Part shown: piece by piece, positions 30,410 to 42,320 of the stretch
Position numbering within the stretch: the stretch's first letter is position 1
Layout: every line of letters begins with the position of its first letter
Assembly: GCA_964291675.2 (NCBI GenBank)
Contig: OZ219866.1
Coordinates: forward strand, 832,001-896,000
Source: Alphaproteobacteria bacterium
Lineage (GTDB): Bacteria > Pseudomonadota > Alphaproteobacteria > MPNO01
Reading direction: 5' to 3'
DNA length: 64,000 nucleotides
Position numbers and translations under genes: made by a program
The notes under the pieces: generated by a model
The model's database searches: none
The model's input: the letters and a program-made list of their open reading frames with translations, nothing else
Told to the model about the DNA's origin: nothing

Positions 30410-30655
30410 CCCCTTTCCAAGCCGCGCATTGGTTTCCCAATGCAGAGGGATGGGATTGGCCAGGTCGTCAGACCCACCTCGGGACTTGGCGCGAAGGTGG
30501 TGAATTTCCCAACCGTATTTCGAGCGGCGGTCTCCGTAGTCTCCCCACTTAATTGCCTTGCCGTCCCGGTCATGACGCCAGTCGGCCGGATTGCAAGAGG
30601 GGACAATCCGCCCTTGGTTCCAAACGGACTGCTTCGTAAAGTCGTTAAAGGTCAT
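30410..30655 (-). pseudogene. Small HNH endonuclease, 3' end degenerate
   Basis: GDYGDRRSKYGWEIHHLRAKSRGGSDDLANPIPLHWETN; frame then runs on into repeat DNA. Confidence 0.7.
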
Positions 30656-30873
30656 TCGTTCCTCCCTTTCGTGCGCCTCCATCGGGATAAGAAGCCGACC
30701 GGCTGAAGCCCGGCTCGTCCGGGCAGGCCTCCGATCTTGTCAATCTTTTCGTGGGTTTTCCGGAAATCCTCTGCCAGGGGCTTCTTCACATTTTCGTACC
30801 GGGCCTCGAGCGATTATACCTTCCCCTCAAGTTAGATTATCTTCGCCGGGAGAGAATTTGGTTCATTTGCCAT
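30652..30873 (-). pseudogene. Short coiled-coil-like ORF remnant with two in-frame TAA
   Basis: MANEPNSLPAKII*LEGKV*SLEARYENVKKPLAEDFRKTHEKIDKI; final TGA overlaps the HNH ATG. Confidence 0.4.
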
Positions 30874-31074
30874 AATCGGTGTTCGCCATTTCAAGACGTC
30901 GCCAACGCGACAGATGCCGATAGAGCTAGGACGCCTACAATCGACCACCGTAGCGAGTCGCGCAGCAGGCCCGGCACGCCGCCGGGAAGCAGCATCCCCC
31001 CGATTTCCTTCACCGGGTCGCCCGATCGTCGTCGGGCTCGTCGGCTCACGGTGCCCTCCACCGAGCGCGGCGGT

Positions 31075-31404
31075 TCAGATGCCGGTCTCGTGTTCGCCCG
31101 CCAGCCTGCGACAGCGGACGGAGAGAGCCTCGTAGCGGGCGGAGAGGTAGGTGTAGGGCTCGCTCGTCCGCGCGACGGGGACCCGCTCGGTGTCCGAGAA
31201 GGACACGTCCTCCACACCCTCCAGCGAGTCGATCATCAGGCACATCGCCCTTGCGACCCAGACCTGCGCCGCCTGCCACGGAAGGAGGTCTGCGCCGTCG
31301 TCCGCGCCGTCCGATAGCTCGGTGACCCGGTCCAGTATCCGGTCCGCCCGTGCCAGCGCCTGCACGGCATCCTCGATCCCCGAAAGAACCGCCTCTTCGC
31401 TCAT
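31075..31404 (-). CDS. Hypothetical 109-aa protein (paralog A)
   Basis: GAGGAGG RBS; 81/109 residues identical (manual count) to 32444-32773. Confidence 0.8.
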   Translation of the reverse strand: MSEEAVLSGIEDAVQALARADRILDRVTELSDGADDGADLLPWQAAQVWVARAMCLMIDSLEGVEDVSFSDTERVPVARTSEPYTYLSARYEALSVRCRRLAGEHETGI

Positions 31405-31942
31405 GATCGCCTCCTCTCGAAGCCGTCGACCGCTTGGGCGTGCACAAAGTCGAACAGCCCGGGCCTTCGCTCCGCGGTCGAACTTGCCGATGCGGGCATT
31501 TCCGACTGGCGTCGTCGGCCCATCCATGACGTCGGCTTATTCCTGCATACGAGAAAATAATCTTCGGGTCCACGGCGCGGCGATGGCGGGCGCCCCTCCC
31601 GTTTCAACCGGAAGACGAGCGGTGTCCGATGGGCGTCGGGACATGCGCGGCGCCGTCCTGCCGGCCTCGGCACGGGGACCGGGCGCAACTGCGCGGGCGG
31701 GAAGTCGGCGAAGCGCGCGATCCGGCCCGCGGCCCGTCCTGGCGATGGAGAAGGAGAGGGGCGGTACAACCGGCGGATGCTGGAGCTGTCGGCGACAGGG
31801 GCGTATGCAGGCATGTCGTAATGTTATGGAGCGGGATTGCCCCGGCCGGGCGCCGCGCGGGGACGGAGGTCCGCCATCGCGCGGCAAGCCGACGGCACCC
31901 GTCGCTCGTTGCCATTCCCCGGCCACGGATACCGAGACCACG

Positions 31943-32365
31943 ATGACCAAGACATTTTTTCGCGCGGCCGCGCTGGCCTGTTTCCTGCTCCTGCCCCTGA
32001 ACCAGGCGCTCGCCCATGGCGGCGGCACCGACCGCCACGGCTGCCACACGGAGACCCGGACGGGCGAGCGCCATTGTCACAATCGCAAGGACGAGGACCG
32101 CGGGATCGACTGGGCGATCGTCGGCGGGGTCGCCGGCGGGGCGCTGCTGCTGTGGCTGGCCGTGGAGCTGCTCGACCGCGGCGGCGAGACGGCGGCGGCG
32201 GAGCGGCTGCGGATCGCGCCCTATCCCGGCGCGGCGGGCGGCATGGGCTTCGCCGCCGAGTACGGCCTCGGCGGGGCCGGCGCGATCGGCGTCCGCGCCG
32301 TGCCGCCGGTGGAGGCCGGGCACGAGCGCGGCCATGTCGGCGCCTACTGGCGTCTCGGGTTCTGA
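31943..32365 (+). CDS. Secreted His/Cys-motif (YHYH-like) protein
   Basis: Signal peptide then HGGGTDRHGCH...GERHCH, a hydrophobic segment and C-terminal YWRLGF. Confidence 0.7.
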   Translation: MTKTFFRAAALACFLLLPLNQALAHGGGTDRHGCHTETRTGERHCHNRKDEDRGIDWAIVGGVAGGALLLWLAVELLDRGGETAAAERLRIAPYPGAAGGMGFAAEYGLGGAGAIGVRAVPPVEAGHERGHVGAYWRLGF

Positions 32366-32443
32366 TCCGGCAGCGCGCGTCGCGCGCCCGCCGGCCGAGG
32401 CACGCCTGGAGGCAGCGGTCGCGATCGTGTCCCGCGCGGCGGA

Positions 32444-32773
32444 TCAGGCGCCGTCCTCGTGCTCGCCCGCCAGCCGCCGGCAGCGGACGGACAGGATCTC
32501 GTAGCGGGTGGAGAGGTAGCTGTAGGGCTCTTTCGTGTGCGCGACCGGGACCGGCTCGCCCGCCGAGAAGGACACCGCCTCGGCACCCTCCAGCGAGTCG
32601 ATCATCAGGCACATCGCCCTGGCGATGCAGGCCCGCGCCGCCTGCCACGGCAGCACGGCCGCGGCGTCCTCCTCGCCGTCCGAGAGCTCGGTGAGCCGGT
32701 CCAGCAGCCGGTCCGCCCGCGCGAGCGCCTGCAAGGCGTCCTCGACCCCCGCGACGACCTGCTCTTCGCTCAT
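32444..32773 (-). CDS. Hypothetical 109-aa protein (paralog B)
   Basis: GAGGGAG RBS; paralog of 31075-31404. Confidence 0.8.
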   Translation of the reverse strand: MSEEQVVAGVEDALQALARADRLLDRLTELSDGEEDAAAVLPWQAARACIARAMCLMIDSLEGAEAVSFSAGEPVPVAHTKEPYSYLSTRYEILSVRCRRLAGEHEDGA

Positions 32774-32960
32774 GTTCGTCTCCCTCGAAGTGCGCGACCG
32801 GGATGCGCGTATCCGGGACGCCGGGGCTGGAACGCTCCTCGCCGTGCCGCGCCGGAGTCCGTCCAGTATACATAACAATAAAATCCTTTGCTATGACGAG
32901 CAGTAATATTTGGCGCCGCGCCGTCTCCCGGGCGGAGGCGGGGTTGCCCGAGCCGGATTT

Positions 32961-32992
32961 TTGCACTATATTTACATTGGAAACATTGTAAA
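32961..32992 (+). promoter_or_regulatory. Putative promoter/operator palindrome
   Basis: TTGCAC followed by TTTACA-N10-TGTAAA immediately before the ATG at 32993. Confidence 0.55.
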
Positions 32993-33460
32993 ATGCCGCC
33001 CATGCCCGAGCTCCGCGTCGCCGACGAGGTGTGGATCGCCACCGCGCTGCTGCACCGCCAGTACCCCGACCGGGCGGATTTTTCCGTCCGCGAGATCGTC
33101 CGCCGCGCCGCCACCGCGCGCGCCACCGGGGTCGAGCCGCTGCGCCCCGGGGTGCAGTCGCATGCCTACAGCCACTGCGTCGCCAACCGGCCGCCCGGGC
33201 CGGGGCGCTACCGCATGCTGGTCGAGACCGCGACGGGGCGCCGGCGGCTGTACCGCCCGGGCGATCCCTGCCACCCGCTGCGGGCGCGCGGCCGGCATCT
33301 GCCCGACCCGGCCCGCGTGCCGCCGGCCTGGCGCGGGCTGATCGGCTGGTACCAGGACGAAGTCGCCGGCGCGGGCGACGACCCGATCCTGGCGCTGGCC
33401 GGATTCGGCGGGGCGGCGGCCGAGGCCTGGCTCGCCGCCTGGCGCGAGGGCAGGCGGTGA
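32993..33460 (+). CDS. Hypothetical protein, probable antitoxin of downstream PIN toxin
   Basis: VADEVWIATALLH...HCVANRPP.PGRYRML; GTGA overlap with PIN gene; DDPILALAG tail. Confidence 0.7.
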   Translation: MPPMPELRVADEVWIATALLHRQYPDRADFSVREIVRRAATARATGVEPLRPGVQSHAYSHCVANRPPGPGRYRMLVETATGRRRLYRPGDPCHPLRARGRHLPDPARVPPAWRGLIGWYQDEVAGAGDDPILALAGFGGAAAEAWLAAWREGRR

Positions 33461-33861
33461 GCCGGGTGTTCTGGGACACCGACGTCTTCCTCCACCTCGC
33501 CGGGGCCGGGGCGCGGGCGGCGCGGGCGGCGGCGCTCGGGCGGTGGATGGCCGGGCGCGGCGACGAGCTCGCGACCTCGGCGCTCACTTTGGGCGAGCTT
33601 CTGGGCGCCTGCGGCCCGGCCGGGCCGCGCTTCGCCGCCGCGCTCGCCGGCGGGGCGACCCTGCTCCCCTTCGACGCCGACGCCGCCGCCCGCTTCGCCG
33701 CGCTCAGGCGCGAGGCCGGGCTCGGCACGGCGGATGCCATCCAGCTCGCCTGCGCCGCGTCCGGGGCGGCCGACCTGTTCGTCGCCGGCGACGAGCGCCT
33801 CGCCGGGCTGCACGTGCCCGGCATCGGCTTCATCCAGTCGCTGGAGCGCGCCGCGCCCTAA
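33457..33861 (+). CDS. vapC: PIN-domain (VapC-like) toxin
   Basis: VFWDTDVF, TLGELL, ADAIQLACA, FVAGDERL acidic tetrad. Confidence 0.85.
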   Translation: MSRVFWDTDVFLHLAGAGARAARAAALGRWMAGRGDELATSALTLGELLGACGPAGPRFAAALAGGATLLPFDADAAARFAALRREAGLGTADAIQLACAASGAADLFVAGDERLAGLHVPGIGFIQSLERAAP

Positions 33862-33877
33862 TGTTTCACGTGAAACA
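33862..33877. promoter_or_regulatory. parS centromere site 1
   Basis: Perfect TGTTTCACGTGAAACA. Confidence 0.97.
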
Positions 33878-33898
33878 TAGGTCAGCATTGTTGACCAT

Positions 33899-33914
33899 TG
33901 TTTCACGTGAAACA
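33899..33914. promoter_or_regulatory. parS centromere site 2
   Basis: Perfect TGTTTCACGTGAAACA. Confidence 0.97.
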
Positions 33915-33969
33915 TTAGGATCGCCCGGGCGGGGTGACATTTGGCCCCGGCGCCCCTAGATTCCGCGCC

Positions 33970-35812
<1,843 letters not shown>

Positions 35813-35841
<29 letters not shown>

Positions 35842-36466
35842 GCCGCTGACCCCCGAGGCCTGCGCCGCCGCGCTTAATGTTTCACGTGAAACATTAGAGC
35901 GCCTCGAATCCTATGTGGCCCTCCTCGGGCGCTGGCAGCGCCGGCGCAACCTGGTCGGGCGCGGCACCGAGGCCGATATCTGGCGCCGCCACATCCTGGA
36001 TTCGGGCCAGCTCGCGGCGCATCTGCCGCCCGGCGCCCGGCGCATCGTCGATCTCGGCTCGGGCGCCGGCCTCCCCGGGCTGGTGCTCGCCATCCTGACC
36101 GGGGCGGAGACCGCCCTCGTCGAGGCCGACGCCGCCAAAGCCGCCTTCCTCGCCGAGGCCGCGCGCGCCACCGGGGCGCGCTGCGAGATCCGCCGCGCCC
36201 GGATCGAGGACCTCGCGCCCTGGCCGGTCGATGTCCTGACCGCCCGGGCGCTCGCGCCGCTGCCCCGTCTGCTCGACTACGCCGCCCCCTTCGCCCCGCC
36301 GCTCGCGATCTTCCCCAAGGGCGCGCGCTGGCGCGAGGAATTGACCGAAGCGTCCCGGACATGGCATATCTCGGCACGCGACGCGCCGAGCGCGACCGAG
36401 CCCGCGGCGCGGATTCTCATCGTCGAGCGCTTCGCCAGGAAGGCAGCCATGACCGGCGACGCATGA
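35813..36466 (+). CDS. rsmG: 16S rRNA m7G527 methyltransferase
   Basis: [34 protein letters not shown]. Confidence 0.95.
35878..35893. promoter_or_regulatory. parS centromere site 3 (inside rsmG)
   Basis: Perfect TGTTTCACGTGAAACA encoding VSRET. Confidence 0.96.
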
Positions 36467-37266
36467 CCGGAGAGCCCGGCCCGCCCGTCCCGGGGCGCAT
36501 CATCGCCATCGCCAACCAGAAGGGCGGCGTCGGCAAGACCACGACCGCGATCAACCTCGCCGCCGCGCTGGCCGCCGCGGGCAAGCGGCTGCTGGTGCTC
36601 GACCTCGACCCCCAGGGCAACGCCTCCACCGGGCTCGGCATCGCCCGCGCCGAGCGCCGCCGGGGCAGCTACGACGTGCTGTCGGGCACGGCCGCGCTCG
36701 GCGACGTGGCCCGGCCGACCGAGATTCCGGGCCTGTTCGCGGTGCCGGCGACGGAGGACCTCTCGGGCGCCGAGATCGAGCTCGCGACACTCGACCGGCG
36801 GGTCTACCGGCTGCGCGACGCGCTCGGCGGCGCGGACGCGCTCGCCGCCTGGGACTACATCCTGATCGACTGCCCGCCCGCGCTCGGCCTGTTGACGCTC
36901 AACGCGCTGGCCGCCGCCGACCGCGTGCTGGTGCCGTTGCAATGCGAGTTCCTGGCCCTCCAGGGGCTGAGCCAGCTCGTCCGCACGGTCGAGCGGGTGC
37001 AGCGGAACTACAACCACGAGTTGCATATCCAGGGCATCCTGCTCACCATGTATGACAGCCGCAACCGGCTGAGCGCGCTGGTCGCCGACGACGTGCGCGG
37101 CTATTTCCGCGACAAGGTGTTCGAGACGGTGATCCCGCGCAACGTCCGGGTGTCGGAGGCGCCGTCGCACGGCAAGCCGCTGCTGCTCTACGACCATCGC
37201 TGCTCCGGCGCCCGCGCCTATATGCACCTCGCGGGCGAGATGCTGAGCCGGGAGGGGGTTGCATGA
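36463..37266 (+). CDS. parA: Chromosome partitioning ATPase
   Basis: NQKGGVGKTTT, DLDPQGNAS, DCPP, IPRNVRVSEAPSHG. Confidence 0.97.
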   Translation: MTGEPGPPVPGRIIAIANQKGGVGKTTTAINLAAALAAAGKRLLVLDLDPQGNASTGLGIARAERRRGSYDVLSGTAALGDVARPTEIPGLFAVPATEDLSGAEIELATLDRRVYRLRDALGGADALAAWDYILIDCPPALGLLTLNALAAADRVLVPLQCEFLALQGLSQLVRTVERVQRNYNHELHIQGILLTMYDSRNRLSALVADDVRGYFRDKVFETVIPRNVRVSEAPSHGKPLLLYDHRCSGARAYMHLAGEMLSREGVA

Positions 37267-38150
37267 CCGAAGAGAGATCCAAGCTCGGGCGCGGCCTGTC
37301 GGCGCTGTTCGAGGACGACGGGCCCGCCGCCCCGCAACCCGGCGCCGGCGCGGCGAGCCTGCCGGTGGCCGACCTCGCGCCGGGCCCGTTCCAGCCGCGC
37401 GAGACTTTCGACGACGAGGCGATGGCCGCCCTGATCGACTCGGTCAAGGAGCGCGGCGTGATCCAGCCGCTGATCGTCCGCGCCGACCCGGGCGCGCCCG
37501 GGCGCTACCAGATCGTCGCCGGCGAGCGGCGCTGGCGCGCGGCCCAGGCGGCGCAGCTCCACGAGGTGCCGGTCGTCGTCCAGGAGCTCACCGACGATGC
37601 CGCGCTCGAGGTCGCGCTGATCGAGAACATCCAGCGCCAGGACCTCACGCCGATCGAGGAGGCCGAGGGCTACCGCCGGCTGACCGCCGAGTTCGACCGC
37701 ACCCAGGAGGAGCTCGCCCGCTCGCTCGGCAAGAGCCGCAGCCACATCGCCAACGCCATCCGGCTCCTCAACCTGCCGGGCCCGGTCAAGCTGCTGCTCA
37801 ACAATGGCGGGCTCTCGGCCGGGCACGGCAGGGCGCTGCTCAACGCGCCGGACCCGATGGCCGTGGTCGGCGAGATCCTCAAGCGCAATCTCACCGTGCG
37901 CGACACCGAGCGCCTGATCGCCGGCCACGCCAGCCGCGCCCGCCGCGGCCCCCGCCCGCGCGCCGACAAGCCGCACGCGATCCTCGACGTCGAGCGCGAG
38001 CTCGCGCGCTGCCTCGGCATCAAGGTCGCCATCGTCCCCCGCGAGGGCCGGACCGGCGACCTCATCATCCGCTACAACACGCTGGAACAGTTCGACGATC
38101 TGCTCAGGCGGCTGACGAAAGGGGTGATGGGGGGGGAGGTAAAGGGGTGA
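37263..38150 (+). CDS. parB: Chromosome partitioning protein
   Basis: [35 protein letters not shown]. Confidence 0.97.
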   Translation: MTEERSKLGRGLSALFEDDGPAAPQPGAGAASLPVADLAPGPFQPRETFDDEAMAALIDSVKERGVIQPLIVRADPGAPGRYQIVAGERRWRAAQAAQLHEVPVVVQELTDDAALEVALIENIQRQDLTPIEEAEGYRRLTAEFDRTQEELARSLGKSRSHIANAIRLLNLPGPVKLLLNNGGLSAGHGRALLNAPDPMAVVGEILKRNLTVRDTERLIAGHASRARRGPRPRADKPHAILDVERELARCLGIKVAIVPREGRTGDLIIRYNTLEQFDDLLRRLTKGVMGGEVKG

Positions 38151-38709
38151 GTGAGGTGGTTGGAGCATTACAGCATCTTTGATCTTGCCTAATCAACAAG
38201 ATTGCATGGGCGCTAAAGAATGCCCCACCCTTGGGTTCCATGGCTACGGCGGCGGTGCATGTCCCGCGTAAAGTCAATGCTCGGACTCGATCAGCCCGGC
38301 ACGAAAACAACACTCACCGAATCCGCCGCACAGTTCACCGACCGTTTGCGCGAGACCAATGGGTGAAGAAACCAACATCTCTTCTAACGGGCGTGTGCCG
38401 GGGCCGCTGTCTTGTACCGACGTATCGGCCATACAATGCCGCCCCCAATACGAAAACTATTCTATCGGACCTCTTCCAAGTCAACACCCGTCTCGGCGAA
38501 TACCTCACCCGCGTACAACCCGGGGTTTGAGTACTAACTTTATTCCGGTGCACCCTGACTCGTCGGAATCACATCACTCCCTGTTACATCTGTCGTTGAC
38601 GCAGTGGAGAAACCCAGAGTCCTAACCGTCCTTACGTACTGGAATTTGAGCGAGCTAGCCGAAAATGACCCTGATCGTTAGCTTCATCAAGCCGATGTTC
38701 ACTTAGTCG

Positions 38710-40155
38710 ATGCAAATTAAGCGAAGTTTCGACCCAAGGAGCACAGCCGTGAACGACACCAAGAGAAAAGTATTAGAGCAATTAAAGCTTTATGTACTTC
38801 CAAATGGGGGAATAGGCAGTTGGTTGTCCGAAGAAACAAATGACTATGTCTTTCAAAGACTCTCAGAACTTGAAAGCACCCCTTTGTCGACGACGCAGCT
38901 CAATCAGCTCTTAGCACTTGCCCATGAGGCACCCCTAACCGATGGGTTTTTTCAATACTATTGGCTTGACTGTCCAGAACAACATCCGTACCAAATTTCG
39001 GACCTTGCCGGTAATGGCGAGCGTTGGAAAGAATCCCGGGCCATCGAATCACTCGATCATTTGTCGTGGGGACTACACAGACTATATGTGGATGGTCTCC
39101 TCTGGTTCGGTAATGTGAGGACTGCCTATCGAACATTGCGTGTCCAGAGCTACTGCTCCCTACGAGAGTTCTTCTCCAAACAGCGAATCGATACGGATCA
39201 CATCAAACAAAGGGGCCCGGCGCTCAATTTGCGGGCCATCGCTAAAGACAATCGCTACCTTATTTCCGAGATGGCATGCAAATCATACGGGGACAATCCT
39301 ACGACTAGCAGCGAACTAAAGGATATGCTCCTGCAATCTTTCCAAGAACACATGAGAAGAGGAGGTAAGGCGATCAAAATTAAAGAATTGATTGAAGGGC
39401 CGACTTCTTCGGTGAAAGATGACAGTCAAAGCCAATTCATTTTTTCTGCCGACGATGTTCTCGAAGATATTGTCGAAACAGAGGATCAACTAGTGACTAA
39501 GTATGAGGCAATCGCAGATGAATTTTTCCGAGCCAGGGAACTAGCTTTAGAAAATACAAAGTTCTACTTGTCGATGGTCGGAGATCTTGATGTATATGTG
39601 GCCACTAGTATGCGCACCCGCGCTGACTTTAGAAATATGGCGGAAACGTGCTACCGGATTTTCGGTCACGAGAAATTACAATCACTCGGTCTCCGGTATT
39701 TCGATCCTACTTTGAGCGCAGCGGCTGGGCATGAAGACAAGGGAATAATAGAGTGCTTGATGGTCAAATGTGCAAAAGCATTGGTTTATTGTGCGGGAGA
39801 CAAAGATAGCTACGGAAAGGACGCTGAGGCCGCTATGGCGCTTAGCCTCGGCAAACCAGTTATCTTTTTTTGCGATCAGGAGCGACGAAGCCGATTCTAC
39901 AGAGAGGTACATCCCCTAAGTCGCCTGATTGAATTTGAGACAGGAATTGCGGTCGGTGCGATGGTAACAGATTCGTTAGAGGACGTATCGAATCTCCTAT
40001 TCAGGATATTCGAGAACAAGATGGAATATATCTTGGAACAACCCAAACCAGGCTATCTCAGACTGAAGGAAGCTTTAACAGGGTCGGTCGTTCGTCTCCA
40101 GACTAATGATCAAATGCTACAGGAAACCTTTTGGAACTATTATCATAACAAATAG
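38710..40155 (+). CDS. Low-GC hypothetical protein with C-terminal nucleoside 2-deoxyribosyltransferase-like domain
   Basis: 481-aa ORF in visibly AT-richer DNA; VYVATSM...YFDP...DSYGKDAEAAMALSLGKPVIF; alternative GTG start at 38749 after AGGAG. Confidence 0.7.
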   Translation: MQIKRSFDPRSTAVNDTKRKVLEQLKLYVLPNGGIGSWLSEETNDYVFQRLSELESTPLSTTQLNQLLALAHEAPLTDGFFQYYWLDCPEQHPYQISDLAGNGERWKESRAIESLDHLSWGLHRLYVDGLLWFGNVRTAYRTLRVQSYCSLREFFSKQRIDTDHIKQRGPALNLRAIAKDNRYLISEMACKSYGDNPTTSSELKDMLLQSFQEHMRRGGKAIKIKELIEGPTSSVKDDSQSQFIFSADDVLEDIVETEDQLVTKYEAIADEFFRARELALENTKFYLSMVGDLDVYVATSMRTRADFRNMAETCYRIFGHEKLQSLGLRYFDPTLSAAAGHEDKGIIECLMVKCAKALVYCAGDKDSYGKDAEAAMALSLGKPVIFFCDQERRSRFYREVHPLSRLIEFETGIAVGAMVTDSLEDVSNLLFRIFENKMEYILEQPKPGYLRLKEALTGSVVRLQTNDQMLQETFWNYYHNK

Positions 40156-40198
40156 TACAGTATGCAAGTAGCTTTTTCACAATGATTGAATGGTGAGC

Positions 40199-40996
40199 CT
40201 ACGCATCCTTAAGCGTGATAATTGTGGATCGCGCCCTCTCTAATTCTCCGGCCGGAACCAGACGGTAGTGGCGTTCCTCAAGCACCTGAATCTCGTCGTC
40301 CTGCAATGTCAATTCGATCAGCGCGATCTCCCCATTCTTCATGAGCTGCGCGGCCACCGGCCGGCAATGAAGGCTCCGAAATTTCTCTTCTACGAAGGCA
40401 ATGTCCTGGATGACCTGCACGACGCCGATCCGGTCCTTCCCGACCTTCGCCTGAACAGGAATTATGTGATGGCCACCGTCCTTGTCCAAGCCGATATAGA
40501 GCTCGTCGACCTCGATCTGTCCCATTCCTTCTACAGTCGTTCGGAGATGGTTTTGCAGGCTGTAGGTCGTGAGGCCGAGGAAGGTGTCGATCAGCCGGTT
40601 GTACCTGACGATCGCCAACAGAGCCTGCTCGTCGCCCATCGCGTGGAACCGGATGAGCTCGGGCGTTGCGTCGGGGATGTCGGTGACGACGAGCCCCTCC
40701 CGCGGCAGGATGTTGGCCTTCCTGAAAAGCTTGAACCGGTATCGGCCCTTACCCGCGCCCAGAATAATCCACTCGCGCCCGTCCGGCTGCGTCGCGAGGA
40801 TGCTTTCGGGCAATTTGCGCCGGTAACGGAAGGAATAGGGAACGTCGCCGATATTCCTGACCCGCGCAAAGCCGAGAGCGGCGGCGCCGGTCTCCAGCTC
40901 CTCTCGCACGAACTCGAACTCCGTCGCCCCGTCCGCATAGTGGTCGAAGAAGACCTTTTGGATCAGTTTCTGGTATCGGTTCAGGTCCTCAGCCAT
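40199..40996 (-). CDS. Putative PD-(D/E)xK restriction endonuclease
   Basis: GQIEVDELYIG...IIPVQAK; overlaps the methylase stop. Confidence 0.75.
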   Translation of the reverse strand: MAEDLNRYQKLIQKVFFDHYADGATEFEFVREELETGAAALGFARVRNIGDVPYSFRYRRKLPESILATQPDGREWIILGAGKGRYRFKLFRKANILPREGLVVTDIPDATPELIRFHAMGDEQALLAIVRYNRLIDTFLGLTTYSLQNHLRTTVEGMGQIEVDELYIGLDKDGGHHIIPVQAKVGKDRIGVVQVIQDIAFVEEKFRSLHCRPVAAQLMKNGEIALIELTLQDDEIQVLEERHYRLVPAGELERARSTIITLKDA

Positions 40997-42320
40997 AGAC
41001 CGCCTGCCCGCCCACCCGCTCGCGCTCGATGTCGACCTGCTTGCGCTTCCTCGCGCCGCTCTTCCGGTCGCGGCGGCTGGGCGGCGGGTCCACTTCGAAA
41101 TGCGCGGCAGCGGCGGAGATGTCCAGCGCCAGGAGCCCGGAATTTCCGAGAGACAGCGTTGTCTCCGCCGGGGTCGGGGCCATCCCCAGCGCCTCCATCA
41201 CCCCCCAGGCGACCGCCCGTGCCAGCGGCGGCGGGACGGCGTTGCCGATCTGGCGGGCGCCGTGCCACTTGGTCGCGTGGAAGCGGAACCAGTCGGGGAA
41301 GCCGTGCAGCCGGGCCATCTCCCGCACGGTGACGCAGCGGTCGTGGCGGTAGTGGATCGGCCGCGGGCTGGTGAACGCCCCGCGCGCCCCGTCGGTACCG
41401 GCGCGCAGCGTGTTGCTTACGCCGCTCTCGGCGAGCTTGAAGAAGCGGCTGATGGGCTCGACGGTGCCCGGTCCGGTCTCGCGGAAGCGCCGGCGCGATA
41501 TGCCGGTATGGGCGGTGCGCGCGCTGGAGGTCAGGACGGCCGGGTCCCATTCCCGCACATAGCCGCAGTGCCAGGCATCGTTGGCGAGACAGCGGAGCGC
41601 GGCCGCGTAGGCAGACGGCACGCCGTAGCCGGCGGTTCGGACCGAGTCCGACTCGGTCAACGTCTCGAAACCGTCGGCGTCGGGCAGGTCGCCGAGCGCG
41701 TCGCCGCAGGTCGGGCCGTCGGGAAGACCCTCGCTGCGCGGCCGTCTGCCGGCGATATTCGTCGTGGGTACCGGATACCCGGGCAGAGCCTCGCCCTTCC
41801 GCGCGCCGAGCAGGATCAGGCGTTCGCGATGCTGCGGCACGCCGAAGTTGCCGGCGTTCAGCACCCGCCAGGGTACCCGCACGTCGTAGCCGGCCTGCGC
41901 GAATTCCTCGACCAGCTCGTCGAGGAACGCGCGGTGCCGGCCGACCGTGAGGCCCTTCACGTTCTCGAACACGAAGGTCCGGGCGTCGAGCTCGGCCACG
42001 ACGCGCACGAATTCGCGGACCAGCCGGTTGCGCGGGTCTTCGAGCGCGCGGTGGCCGATCAACGAGAACCCCTGGCACGGGGCGCCGCCGAACACGCAAT
42101 CCACCGGCTTGCCGCCGATCCCGGCCGCCTTCGCGATATCCTCGCCCGACAGGGCCTCGATCGGCCGCGGGACGACCGCCGTCCTCGGGAAGTTGTACTT
42201 GTGGACGGCGCAATGCACCGGGTCGATCTCGACCGCCGCGGCGACGTCGAAACCGGCCTGCTCGAAGCCGAGGCTCAGCCCGCCGGCGCCGGCGAACAGG
42301 TCGATACCGATGGGTCTCAT
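40989..42320 (-). CDS. DNA (cytosine-5) methyltransferase
   Basis: DLFAGAGG, GGAPCQGFS, FENVKG, VPQHRER, REMARLHGFPD, QIGNAVPP. Confidence 0.96.
   Translation of the reverse strand: MRPIGIDLFAGAGGLSLGFEQAGFDVAAAVEIDPVHCAVHKYNFPRTAVVPRPIEALSGEDIAKAAGIGGKPVDCVFGGAPCQGFSLIGHRALEDPRNRLVREFVRVVAELDARTFVFENVKGLTVGRHRAFLDELVEEFAQAGYDVRVPWRVLNAGNFGVPQHRERLILLGARKGEALPGYPVPTTNIAGRRPRSEGLPDGPTCGDALGDLPDADGFETLTESDSVRTAGYGVPSAYAAALRCLANDAWHCGYVREWDPAVLTSSARTAHTGISRRRFRETGPGTVEPISRFFKLAESGVSNTLRAGTDGARGAFTSPRPIHYRHDRCVTVREMARLHGFPDWFRFHATKWHGARQIGNAVPPPLARAVAWGVMEALGMAPTPAETTLSLGNSGLLALDISAAAAHFEVDPPPSRRDRKSGARKRKQVDIERERVGGQAVYG

Noticed and set aside
38151-38709. Possible retron msr-msd upstream of the NDT-like gene
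   Set aside because: No reverse transcriptase in the window and no clear flanking inverted repeats seen; an ncRNA cannot be excluded.
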